Source: Chiloscyllium plagiosum
Lineage: Eukaryota
Direction: 5' to 3'
DNA length: 64,000 nucleotides
Assembly (NCBI RefSeq): GCF_004010195.1
Contig: NC_057719.1
Coordinates: 38,476,473-38,540,472, forward strand
The notes below the pieces were generated by a model. It was not told the origin of the DNA. It did not search any database and was given only the letters and a program-made list of their open reading frames with translations. Below are positions 12,421 to 24,352 of the stretch, in pieces; the stretch's first letter is position 1, and each line of letters opens with the position of its first letter. Both the position numbers and the translations under genes were made by a program.

Positions 12421-13944
12421 TTTTCTAGGTTTCTATTCATGTGGAATTCAAATATTTATTAGCTTAAATATAATTGATTCACAACTTTGACTTCAAAAGG
12501 TTTTATTACTGTAATACAATCTCTCTCACTTTAAAACCAGCTTAATGGAATCTTACTTTGAATAGGAACCATGCAAAGCTATTTAATTTAATTTCAATCA
12601 GTTAGTTTCAAGCATATAGAACTATTACAAGATTATACTAATATATGCTATATATTTTATTTTTATTTCTTTCTGTACCTTTAGTTCAATTTCTGAAAAT
12701 GTACTTGGATTGCAGGCATATAATAAGAGCCACTGAACTTGAAACGTTAATGCTGCTTTCTCTCCACAATGCTGCCAAACCGGTTGGGTTTCTCCCGCAA
12801 TGCCAGTTCTTGCTTCATATTTCCAGAATCTGCACTTATTTATTATATAATATCATGCTACTTGTCAATTATTAACTCAATCTAATGGTCTGACCAATCA
12901 AAGTTTAAACAAATCATTTCCAGAAGAGTATTTCAACCCAATGTTATTTTGTTTCTGGGTTTCTAGTCTCCATTTCAATCAGAATGTAATGCTCTCCCAG
13001 TGCTATATGTCAGATTTTAGATTTGAAAGGACAAATGTTGTGGACATTCCAAGTAACTCTGAATGCAATTAGTATAACCAAAGGGTAATCAGCTCTTCCG
13101 GTGGCATGTTATGTCATTCAGGACATGAAAAAGAACAGATGCAAATCCATTGGAAACTTGATTTGCTTAAAATAAAGCTGAATTTTCCAGAACACAACGT
13201 GATATAGAGAATTGTGTAAATCTCTCAGTGACCTTCGTTTATTTAAGAGATTACACAAAAGAATTCTCTATTGTTTGGTACAAGTTAGATATTATAATAG
13301 GTATAGCAAATTTTATACAGAATTAGTATATGATTTATAAATATTAAACTCGCTTTCAAAAGGGAAAGCTGAAAACTGTATAGCTGTAATTTGCAGTAAT
13401 GTGTTCTGAGTCATAGGACTATGAATCTAGTAGTTTTAGAGAAGTAATGAGATGTGTTTGGCAGCACATGAAGGATATTTCCATGATTTTGTTTAAATGC
13501 CATGGCTTTCTGTGCTACCTCTTGCATACGAGGGAACTCTGCTGCTGAAAGCCAACATAATTTCTAAACTAGAAATTATGATTTTTTTTATCCCCATTCT
13601 CAACTTATAAATAGTTCAATGTTGCAACAGTTGCACTGCGTGTTGCATTTTATTAAAACCTGACAATCAGAACTAGCTTAGATTTATAGTTAAGCATTGT
13701 GCGCCAAACAAAAGTTTTTTTTTGTGTATTCAGATTTCTAACTTGATTATTGTGACATTGTTTAGTCTTTATGAACCTCATTTTTGTTCCTGGTAGATCT
13801 TTCTGGTCAGTTGCCGATGTATTTGGAACTTATTTTGGCCCAAACTTTTGGCTTGAATTCTTAAATTTCCCGTGCTTACTTTGCATAAATTGATGTCACA
13901 ATAGGTTGAAGGTTGAAGGTTTATGGAACTATACTTGCATAAAC

Positions 13945-14176
13945 NNNNNNNNNNNNNNNNNNNNNNNNNNNNNNNNNNNNNNNNNNNNNNNNNNNNNNNN
14001 NNNNNNNNNNNNNNNNNNNNNNNNNNNNNNNNNNNNNNNNNNNNNNNNNNNNNNNNNNNNNNNNNNNNNNNNNNNNNNNNNNNNNNNNNNNNNNNNNNNN
14101 NNNNNNNNNNNNNNNNNNNNNNNNNNNNNNNNNNNNNNNNNNNNNNNNNNNNNNNNNNNNNNNNNNNNNNNNNNNN
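13945..14176. other. Assembly gap (N run); a second small gap at 6124-6141
   Basis: N characters. Confidence 1.
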
Positions 14177-15559
14177 AGACTTCAAAATGTTGCTTCCTTT
14201 ATTCGGTCTCAAAATTCACACATTTCTGTCCTGAATTCTATGTGCCACCAGGCATATGTGTAGCGTATGGATTACTGCACATTAGTCATAGCACAAAAGT
14301 TTAATGTCAACTGCAAACAAACATGATTAACATCTTTTTTTAATCAACGTTTTGTAGGATAGAACAAACAGCAATACTAAGCACTAGAAAATCATTAATT
14401 ATTGATTTACAATGTTCATGTACTTCATTTTTAAATCTTCCTTTTCAATTTTGAGTATTAAATACTATTATAGATCTCGGTCAATTGTTAGTTGAATTTG
14501 CAGTTTTGCACAGATTTATATTTGGGGGCTGTGACCCTGAAGTCATTCCTTGCTGCGTCAATTGCTTTAATGTAACTACTTAGCTTTTGTAGCCTTGTTA
14601 TAGATTATTTCATTTTTGGTATGAATGTCCATAGTTTGATATTGTAATGTTTTGGGCGATTTTCTTGAGGGTTTTTTTAAAAAGAACCAGGAATATCAAT
14701 GGTTGTGTCTCTAGTTATCAGCCTGGATAGGAGTGAAATAAGAAACTATTTTCTTATGCAGAAAATTTAGTGTCCAAGTGTTTTTTTGAAACATTTAGGA
14801 GAATACAATTTGAACTACTTTTATGTTTTATGGTATTACTTTACTGCCAGATCAACTGCACAAAATAAATTCATAAATGCTTCAAGATCTTAGAAGCTTG
14901 AAAAACATTTCACATAATAGACCTGAACAAGATCCAGTTTTTCATTTAAAAAACAACTATTTAACAAAACAAATATAAAAATTCAAACCGCAGTGGTAAA
15001 ATAACTGATAGCAGTGAAGAAAAACTACAGGTACACTAACAGAAGCTATACTGGATTTTAAATTTTGCTAGATTTTGGGTTAGGCCCAAGACCTAGGGTC
15101 TTGAATGATTTGGACCGATCAGACTTCGAAGAGTAAAGAGTTGGGTGGAGCATGAAATAGACAGATGGTACACTGTAACACCTCACCTGAATTGTCCAGG
15201 GAAGTTAGAATAAACTTTTTTTAAAAATGATGTGCAGCACATTCTAAAAATGTCCCATTAATAAAGTGCTGGTTCATACACAGCTACTTTGTACATGTGT
15301 AGCTATACAAAATGTCTAGCGACAATACAAACCTCTTCGAAAGTAAGGAAAAATAGACATTTCATTAAAAGTAATTAGAAAGTGTCAGCTCATGTACTGA
15401 AAATCGCTTAAGGGTGGAAGACTGACATTATTCCCTTGGTTCTTTTGCACCCCCCATTATTCCTGGACAGTGAAACTGACTGCAGTGGGGAATTAATAAT
15501 CCAAGGCAATTCTGCTTTAATTTTCTGACCTGTTTAACATTTTCCAATTCTAATGCAGT

Positions 15560-15895
15560 TTGATATTAGTGTACAATGTAGTGAGAGAATGTTGCACCAT
15601 CATAGGCATTGATTTTTAGATGAAACATTAAATCAAGTCAGCAGCTGATCTCTCAGGTGGATGTAAAAGATCTCATGGCATTAGTCCAAGGTCCTGCAGC
15701 TCAAGTCCTATCCTTAATAAGCATCACTAAATATAGATTAGTTGGTCATTATCACATTGCTGTTTTGGGAGAACTTACTGTGTGCAAATTAGTTGAATTA
15801 TTTCTGACATAACAGGAGTGATATATTCCAAAAGGACAACTATTGGCTGTAAAGCTTTTGGGATCATGAAGAGATGACATAAATGAAAGTTTCAA
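15560..15895 (+). mobile_element. Deu-domain SINE (SacSINE1/AmnSINE1-like)
   Basis: agatgaaacattaaatcaag..ctctcaggtggatgtaaaagatctcatggca..gtcattatcacattgctgttt; related pieces at ~7200-7295 (-) and ~16140-16235. Confidence 0.7.
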
Positions 15896-17154
15896 GTTTT
15901 ACTTTGTCAGTGTTGCTAATTACAAAATGTTTTTCTAAATAAACAATGTGACCTGACATTTAAACCAATGTGAAGAGAACACTTCCAGAGTTCATGTTCC
16001 CTTTTAGTCATCTTACATTAACTATGATGCCAAAATGAAAGGCTTGTATTTACAAAGTATCTTTTAGCAACAAAATACTTTTGGGCTGCAATCATTGTTG
16101 CAATGATGGATATTTTAGAAGCCTTACTAGCGCATGTGATTTAAGCTGATACTCCAGGGCATCAGTGAAGGAGTCGCTGCACTGATACAGGATCAAACAT
16201 CGAAAAGAGACATTAAATTGAGGCCCTGGTCATTTATACTCACTTGGTATACCGAAGTCACTTACTCAACTTCTTCCTACACTTAAAATAATTAATTTCT
16301 TTTTCATCAAAACACACACAGTATTGGCAGTGGTAGACAATTAAGAGTTTCAATACAATTAAGAAAGGAAGCAAGCTCATGTACTGTATGTACAGTTTTC
16401 TCTTTGTATGAAATGGCAGACACTTACATAAATGAATGCAAGGTAACACTAAGCAGCAAGTGTTCAACCATCGAATAACTTAATGAGATAGAACTCATCA
16501 TGGTACCTCATCAAGTCAATTAGTCCTAGCCAGCACAACATAATCAACAGTATCATTCTTCTCTTGTCCTGTTAGAAGCCTTTGATCCCCTCTCAGCATA
16601 TACCCTTCACTGGCACAGTGCAAACAGAACAGCTGCTTCTAAATGTCAGATTATGCCAAACAGGTTTAAGGGAAAAAGGATGGTGCAATTTGACTTACCC
16701 AAAATTCTCTCTCCTTACTACACAAATCAATTAATTTCCTTATATAATAATTAATGATTCATCCTGCCTGAGAAAGAGGACTGGAGGGAATCACGAGCAA
16801 ATTGTAAGTCATGGCAAACTAGACGCCATATATCTGAAGATCTTTGCTTCAGCATGTGGCTCACATTTTGTACAAACTAAATATCACCACTCCACTCGCG
16901 CCAAAAGATACTTTTAGATTTGCTGAATACGCGATGATCTGATCTTGAACTATCTGATACCTTGTTTCATGAGAATTGCTATACCAAATCTATGCTATAG
17001 CGTCCAAAAAAATCTACAATTAAGTCTACAATGACCCTCCCATGCTGTCAGCTCAGGGTTGTTACAGGATGGTTATCTACAATTGGCAGACTACTACGGA
17101 AACAAACATGTGTAATAATGCTTTGAGAATACTTTGGCTACAAAGCTAACTTAG

Positions 17155-17380
17155 CTGAAAATGTGTTGCTGGAAAAGCGCAGCAGGTCAGGCAGCATCTA
17201 GGGAACAGGAGAATCGACGTTTCGGGCATAAGCCCTTCTTCAGGAATGAACTATGATGCCTGAAGAAGGGCTTATGCCCGAAACGTTGATTCTCCTGTTC
17301 GCTGGATGCTGCCTGACCTGCTGTTTTCCAGCAACACATTTTCAGCTCTGATCTCCAGCATCTGCAGTCCTCACTTTCTC
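17155..17380. mobile_element. Palindromic Penelope-derived short element with two opposed hammerhead motifs and a 17-bp TSD
   Basis: Arms ~17153-17244 and ~17259-17347; CUGAAGA-A-GGGC(UUAU)GCCC-GAAAC-GUH on both strands; TSD ctacaaagctaacttag at 17138-17154 and 17381-17397. Confidence 0.88.
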
Positions 17381-17409
17381 CTACAAAGCTAACTTAGTCA
17401 TGACAACTT

Positions 17410-19950
17410 TTCAGTCATCAAATGGTGAGCCATAAGCTGATGCAAAGATCTGCTGATAGGGACTTTTTGTCAATCTTCATGGTAGAAAAACCATTAGTAT
17501 ACCAAAACTTCAACAGAGTTAAGGGGCAGAGGTGAATGTAGTGGCCATATGAAGATGATGCTGGGGATGTTGAAAAGTCTGATGAGGAAAAAAAAACCAC
17601 CCAGGCCAGATAGGACTGCACTCCAGGATTCTGAAGGAGATAGCTGAAGAGATTGTGGAGCATTGGTGATCATCTTCAGGAATCAGTGGAGTCAGGGATG
17701 ATCCTGGAGAACTGGAAAATAGCTAATGTAATACCCTAGTTTAAGGGAGGGAGGGAAGGAGGTAGCAGATGGGAAATTAAAGGCCAGTTAGCCTGACCTC
17801 AGTCATTGTTAAAATTATTTAGGATAAGTACTTGGAAGTGCATGGTAAAATAAGTCAGCATAGCTTCATCAAGGAGAGGCCATGCCTGGCAAATTTGTTG
17901 GAATTTTTGAGCAGGTAACCGTCAAGTGAGACAAAGGAGAGCCTGTGAATACGATCAATTTGGATTTCCAGAAGGTCTTTGACAAGGTGCTGCACAGGAT
18001 GCTGCTAAATAAGATAAGAGCCCATGATTTTAGCAGCAAGTAATCGGCATGGACAGAGGACTGACTGATTGGCAGAAGGCAAAGAATAGGGATGAAGGGG
18101 TTTCTTTCAGGATAGAAGCTGCTTACTAGTGGAGTTCTCCAGGGGTCAGTGTTGGAACCACAACTATGCATGTTATACATTAATGATCTGGACAAAGAAA
18201 CCGCGGGCAAATACAATCAGTTCTGCTATAACGCATGTTTCTTCAACATCAGATAGACAGGATAGTGAAGGTGGTATTGGATATGCTTTCCTTTATTGGT
18301 CAGAGTATTGAGTACAGGAGTTGGGAGGTCATGTTGCTTTTAGAATATGGTGTGCAGTTCTGGTCTCCTTCCTATTGGAAGGATGTTGTGAAACTTGAAA
18401 GGGTTCAGAAAAGATTTACAAAGATGTTGCCAGGGTTGGAGGAGTTGAGCTACAGGGAGAGGCTGAATAGGCTGGGGCAGTTTTCCCTGGAGCGTTGGAA
18501 GCTGAGGGGTGGCCTTATAGAGGTTTATAAAGTCACGAGGGGCATGGATAGGATAAGTAGACAAGGTCATTTCCCTGGGATGGGGGAGACCAGAACTAGC
18601 GGGCATAGGTTTAGGGTGAGAGGGGCAAGATATAAAAGAGACCTAAGGGGCAATGTTTTCATGCAGAGGGTGGTGAGTGCATAGAATGAGGTGCCAGATG
18701 AAGTGGTGGAGGCTAGTACAAAGACAGCATTTAAAAGGCATCTGGATGGGTATATTAATAGGATGGGTATATGAATAGGTTTAGAGGGATGTGGGCCAAG
18801 TGCTGGGACTAGATTAGGTTCCGCTACCTGGTCAGCATAGATAAGTTGGACCGAAGGGTCTGTTTCTGTGCTGTACATCTCTATGAATTGGCTGACAATG
18901 CAATTGAAAACTTTAGAACATTTGTAAAACTTGAACTTTCCTCACTTGTATTGGCTATTACATGATGCCGGTCCCATTGGTTTAAGTGGTACTGATATTA
19001 TGCAATTTTCTTACAACATGAGGTCACATGGGAATGGGACTATTGCATCAGACCAGATTGTAACACAAACAAAGGTGGAGGGAGAGGTAGTATTGAAGAA
19101 ATAGGGAGGCTACAGAAGGACTTGTACAGGCTTTGAGAGTGGGAAAAGTAGTGGCAGTTGGAATACAAATGAGTGCAAATGCAAGGTTATGCACTTTGTA
19201 GAGATATAGACTATTTTCTAAGTGGGGAAAGGCTTCGCAAGTTTGAAGCATAAAGAGACTGACAAGTTCTAGTTCAGGATTCACGTAAAGTCCAAATGCA
19301 GATTCAGTTGGCAGTTAGAAAGGCAAAGGCAATGTTAGCATTCATTTTGAGTGGACTACAATACAAGAGCAGAGATGTACGGCTGAGGTTACATGATGCT
19401 CTGGTTAGACCACATTTGGAATATTGAGAGCAGTTTGGGCCCCACATCTAGGGAAGTGTGTGCTGCCCTTGGTGGAGTACAGAGGCGGTTTAAAACAATG
19501 ATCCTGGAAATGAAGGACTCATCATATGAGAAGCAATGAAGACTCTGTGGAGCTTGGAAGGATTGGGGAGAGGGGGATCTCATTGAAACTTACACTGAAA
19601 CTCAACAGGCCTGAATAGAGTAGATGTGGAGAAGCTGTTTCCGTTAGAAGGAGAGAAACTAGGATACAAAGAGACAGTCTCAGTGTAAAGGGACAATCCT
19701 TTAAAATTGCGATGAAGGGGAATTTCTTCAGGCAGAGGGTGGTGAATCTGTGGAACTCTTTGCTGCAGAAGGCTGTGGTGGCCAAGTTACTGACAGTATT
19801 TAAGGGAGATATAGATAGGCTCTTGATTAGTATGTGGATCAAGGGTTCTGGCAGAAGGTAGGAGATTGGAGTTGAGAAACATATCAGCCATGATTGAATG
19901 GCATAATAGACTTGATGGGCCTAATTCTGTGCTCAAATCTTATGGTTTTA
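17410..19950 (+). mobile_element. Old CR1 LINE remnant interrupted by a MITE and a younger CR1
   Basis: RT-region sequence (DFQKVFDKVLH, GVLQGSVL) and C-terminal LEY.EQFGAP; young copy is ORF 18235..18684. Confidence 0.85.
18214..19060. mobile_element. Tc1/mariner (Tigger-like) MITE split by a CR1 3' fragment at ~18250-18886
   Basis: TA-caatcagttctgctataa...cagaccagattg-TA termini, related to the TIR at 58984-59201. Confidence 0.6.
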
Positions 19951-22000
19951 TGTTGCTACTTGAGTTGCCTACAAAGTATTGAGCAATACTCTAAGTACAG
20001 AACCACATGCAAAGTTGCACATGCACTATGGCCAGACTGAGCCAACACTAGCCAAAGTCAGTGATATCATCATGGATGATGTTCCTTATTCTTAAATTAT
20101 CATCTTCCCCATTCTCTTTTTGCTGGTAACACATACTGAGCTTGATATCCAGGGGAGGCAGCTCTGGGATAATACCTAATTAGGGTCCAAATCTAAATCT
20201 GAACATCATGCGTCAAATCTTTTAATGTGCTAAATCTTTTGCTTTATTAATCTCAAGACTTACATAGGAAGACTATTGGCAAGGGTCCGTGAATTTAAGA
20301 TGCTCACATCCAATGAAAATCAGCAAAAATAGTGATCAAGAACAGGTATGGAGAATAATTTTTCTCCTCCTTAGCTTAGCACATGAAAACCCCAACTGCA
20401 CCTTTGTTTTCAAGCTGTGCAGAGCAGGGGTGGAGCATTGTTCTTTGAGGTTTTGACTGGTTTAGTGGCTTATTGCGAGATTTAAGCACTGGGCCCAACT
20501 TTTAAACTAGCATTATTTTATTATTACACAAATAAATACAAGATATTTATTAATAAACTGAACAAAACTGGATTCCAGATAAGAAACAACAATCTAATGT
20601 TTAAATTCATTCACTATAATTTATTTCATTATTTATTTCACAATTTAAAATCCACAGCAAACATGCCTACTTATTCTTAGCTATTTATTGCAAAATTTGT
20701 AATTTTGATGTTAATGAAATTACAGCGAAAGTACTCACTCTAAATTCTAAACTCTAAAATCAATGTAATTATGTTTTCAAAATATATAAAAAAGGTAAAT
20801 AAGATTCAGGCAGCATAAATGTGAGGAAAATTTTCTTTATACTCCAGCATATAACTGTAGCATCAAACATATACGTACTACTTTTATTCACATTTTGAAA
20901 TGCTTTATATTTTACAACTCAGAACTTGTACAGCTTGGCCATAGATATACAACTAACTACCCACCTCAACCACTAGATGACTGTGTTATCTTGCTCCCTG
21001 ATGTATAGCTACTGGACTTCGGCTCTTTTTTAAAAATAATAATTTTAGACTAGTTCATTAAAAAGGACATTATTTGACATCTCAGTCAGCACTTTTAATT
21101 GAAGCAGTGTGTTCTATTAAGGATGGTGTAGGTTTATCCTAAGGGACTTAATAGAAGGGGGCACCCCTTCAATCATAATCTATTCTTAAACTTTCACCTA
21201 CAACTGACTAAAGAATGGATGCTCCAAGGTACTGTAAAATATTTCCTTACATGTTTGTTCTTTATAAAGCAGGGCTTGATGGAAGATATCAAGTTTGAAA
21301 AGGGTAGGCAGCAAAAGAAGAATCATTGAGACAGTACGTTAAAACAATATTTTAGACAGGATTGAATGGCACATCACCTAGCTTCTGTAAATCCCAACAC
21401 TAAGATACAGACTACATGTCAAAATGGTTACAGTTTTATAAGCTTGGGAGTTCAAATAAGTACCTCTTATTGGAATCAGAAAACAAGAGTTGATGGTCAA
21501 ATCCAAAAAAGGTTTGATCTTTTATCCAGTAGAGATCAAAACGCTACCTGAACCTTTGCTTAAATTAGTTATTCATTTAATTGGTTCCACCAATTGAAAT
21601 CATCAAGTATAATGATAAGGAGCACTTCAAAGAATTCATCCAATTTTATTTGAACTCCAAATATGGTTAACTGGCATTGCAATTAAACAAATCTTTGCAG
21701 AAATGCCAACCTACATATTTAGTAGACTGTTGAATTGTATTATGCTTTGGACAAAGGAGGATTATATTTTTACCAAACACAATTGCAATCATTATTGCAG
21801 CTTGAAGAAATTGTGAAATTTGGTGATTTGAGTACTTTGAAAACAAGCAATTTTCAAACATTAGCAATAGTAATGGTAGTTTCATGTAAAGCTATAGCAG
21901 AATTAATTAACAAGGAATAAGGAAGCACAACTAGCTTAGAGAGTGCCAGATTAAGTAAGTGATAACAAGTTAGGGTGACAAAGCACACGCACAAACTTAC

Positions 22001-22051
22001 TTCTTCCCAAAACGCTAGGAGAGATGATGTAGACGAAGAAGAAACAGAGCC
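22001..22051 (-). CDS. CDC42BPB: Probable 51-nt in-frame cassette exon: GSVSSSSTSSLLAFWEE
   Basis: AAG acceptor after a pyrimidine tract; GAA/GTAAGT donor; phase 0-0; 17 codons, no stop. Resembles an optional SSLLAFWEE segment I recall from predicted vertebrate MRCK-beta isoforms. Confidence 0.8.
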
Positions 22052-22634
22052 CTTTGTACAACAGATATGAGAAAAATACACTTAGTGAATTCCCTTTTGC
22101 AAATTCAAAAGTATAATAGGAAACCATCTCTCACAAAGAGATTGGTGCACTTGGGTATAGCCAATTTGTTTGTAGGAACACCTTCATTTGTTAAAAAAGA
22201 CCATATGCTTTATAAGCTTTTGAAAGATGCCTGGAATCAGCATAATGTAATGCCACAAAGTGTAGAATTAGCAATATTTTTCAGTTGTAAAGATGATTAG
22301 GGATTACAGCTCAAAAAAATGGAATATGGATTGAATCAACTGGTCACAAAAATGAGCAGATTCACACTTATTTCCAGATATCTAACTGGCATTTCCTTAC
22401 ATCTTTTCAGCATATCAGATTTTTATCTACAAACCATGACAGTTTGCTTTAATAGATTGGAAAACATATTCCATTTATATATGGCAAGGCTGTCAACTTC
22501 ATGTAAAGCTGTTTTGCTGTCCTATCTTATACTAGATACTATTATAATTTCCTCCCAGCTAAAATAAAATTTACAAACATGCACATCGAAACACTTCTAG
22601 AGTTTGATATTATCACTACATAATCAGCACTTAC

Positions 22635-22714
22635 TTTAAATCCCAAGTCATGTGGAATTGGAGAGGTGTTAAAATAATCAAAAATAGAATCCTGAAAATC
22701 TGGAAGTTTGAGAC
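22635..22714 (-). CDS. CDC42BPB: Exon ~21: [27 protein letters not shown]
   Basis: ORF 22542..22742; 80 bp; [21 protein letters not shown] distinguishes MRCK-beta from MRCK-alpha. Confidence 0.95.
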
Positions 22715-22857
22715 CTATCAAACAAAAGAAAAGCATAAGCATGAAACATGACTTGCTTTAGGACAATAAAACTAGCCATAGAGATTTTACAAGTCTGTTT
22801 TGAAAAAGTATTTAAACTGTAATTATAGTTCATAGTAAAACTGTTGCTATCACTAAC

Positions 22858-22955
22858 CTTTTTCTGTTCTGGCTTTACTTTCTTCTAATTCTTTCTTTAG
22901 ATTCTGGATTTCTTCTACAAATTTCTGATTCTTGCCATCTGCCTCCTTCAGTTTA
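22858..22955 (-). CDS. CDC42BPB: Exon ~20: KLKEADGKNQKFVEEIQNLKKELEESKARTEK
   Basis: Manual translation; 98 bp; CAG/GTTAGT; phases fit exons 19 and 21. Confidence 0.92.
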
Positions 22956-24207
22956 CTGAAATCAAATTTTCGAGATGGAGATAGAATACAGAACATCAAG
23001 ATGTATTAATAAAAATGGTCATACATGGCTCAAAAATTTGCCAAAGGTTTTAAACATAATATTTTTAAACATTTTCCAGTTACCAAAATCAGGAAGAGGA
23101 TTCATAGGTTTTCATTTAAAAAGCACCTTATTACATTCCTGAGACATTCCTATATGCTGTATGTGCAAAGTAGCATTGCTTCAAGGCTATACAGCATTGT
23201 TCTATGTACACATTCTGCAGTCAATTTCAATGCAGCAAGCATTTACAAGCAGCCAATCACACAAATTAATCAGTCAATAGTAGTAGTAGTAGTGGTTCAG
23301 GGAAATCAAAGCTTCTGTTTAATATTTACAGGACAGTACTTCGGCCAGTGCAGCATTCTCACTGCAGTATGCTGAAGTTATAATCTCCTTTATGGAAAGA
23401 GTAGTCTGAATGTGCAACTCCCTATTACAGTTTGCTGTTTAGATACTACAGATAAAATGTAAAAAGTCCAATTAATTTAAAGCAGATCTTGGCCTATTTA
23501 CTTTAAATTAATTACATTTGATTAAATTTAGTTACATTTATACTTTTGGGCTTAAAGTAGTTATTGGTATTAGATTAAAAATAATAAATATGCCAAACAA
23601 ACCCTTGAGCCTGCACTGACATTTACTTCAATAAGGACTGCTTACTTAAATCATTTCCACTTTCTCATTCTGCATATCCACAAGTTCCCTCACATACAAA
23701 AATCTTGAAATATACTCAATTGTATAGTATTTCCAGACCCTGGAGTAGAAAATTCCAATGATTCACAACTTTGAAATGAAAAAAATTCTCCTACTAATTG
23801 GCTGACGACTCATCTTGGGAATATATTTCCTCATTTTAGACTCTCCAAGTAAAAAGGGGGGAGGGGCAGTTTATCATCGTATACCCTGTCAAGTCCTTTA
23901 AGATTTGTCCACAGCCTTCGTTAACCATTAGGTGTATTGTTTACTGTTTAAAGGAAGGAGTTGAAATTCAGAAAGTGCATGGATCAATATTCACCAGGAT
24001 GATAACAAGAATGAGAAATTGTACTTGTGAACAGAGACAATGGGCTGAACCTTTAGGGTGGTATATTCCTCATGCCCTGACTGAAAAGTCAGTTGTCAGC
24101 TGCTCATCTGAAAACTAGCTGCCCCATCATGAAAAATTGTTTCAGAATGGGACTTTTACCCTGAGAGGAAGTACCACTCTAAAGACTGCTGAACAGTTTG
24201 ATTTAAT

Positions 24208-24352
24208 AAAAACAGAACTGCAAACGCTGGAGATCCAAAAGAAAAACCGCCAGTTCTGATGAAGAGTCACTGGACTTGAAACATTAATCATGTTTTCTTC
24301 TCAAAGATGCGGCCAGAGCTGCTGAGTTTCGCCATTAATTTCTATTTTTGTG
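24208..24352 (+). mobile_element. Older Penelope pseudo-LTR derivative with hammerhead-like core
   Basis: CTGATGA-A-GAGTC(ACTG)GACTT-GAAACATTA. Similar decayed copies near 7716-7797, 12727-12835, 35790-35950, 51100-51190 and 62050-62150. Confidence 0.62.

Noticed and set aside
13778..14304. ORFs of 103-144 aa
   Set aside because: Artefacts of translating through the N gap.
16860..16990. Minus-strand ~40-codon open frame after a TAG (IWYSNSHETRYQ...)
   Set aside because: No convincing splice signals or recognisable similarity.
20965..21022. Exon-like stretch PKSSSYTSGSKITQSSSG with GAG/GTGGGT donor
   Set aside because: In-frame stop, length not a multiple of 3, and the acceptor is preceded by an A run.
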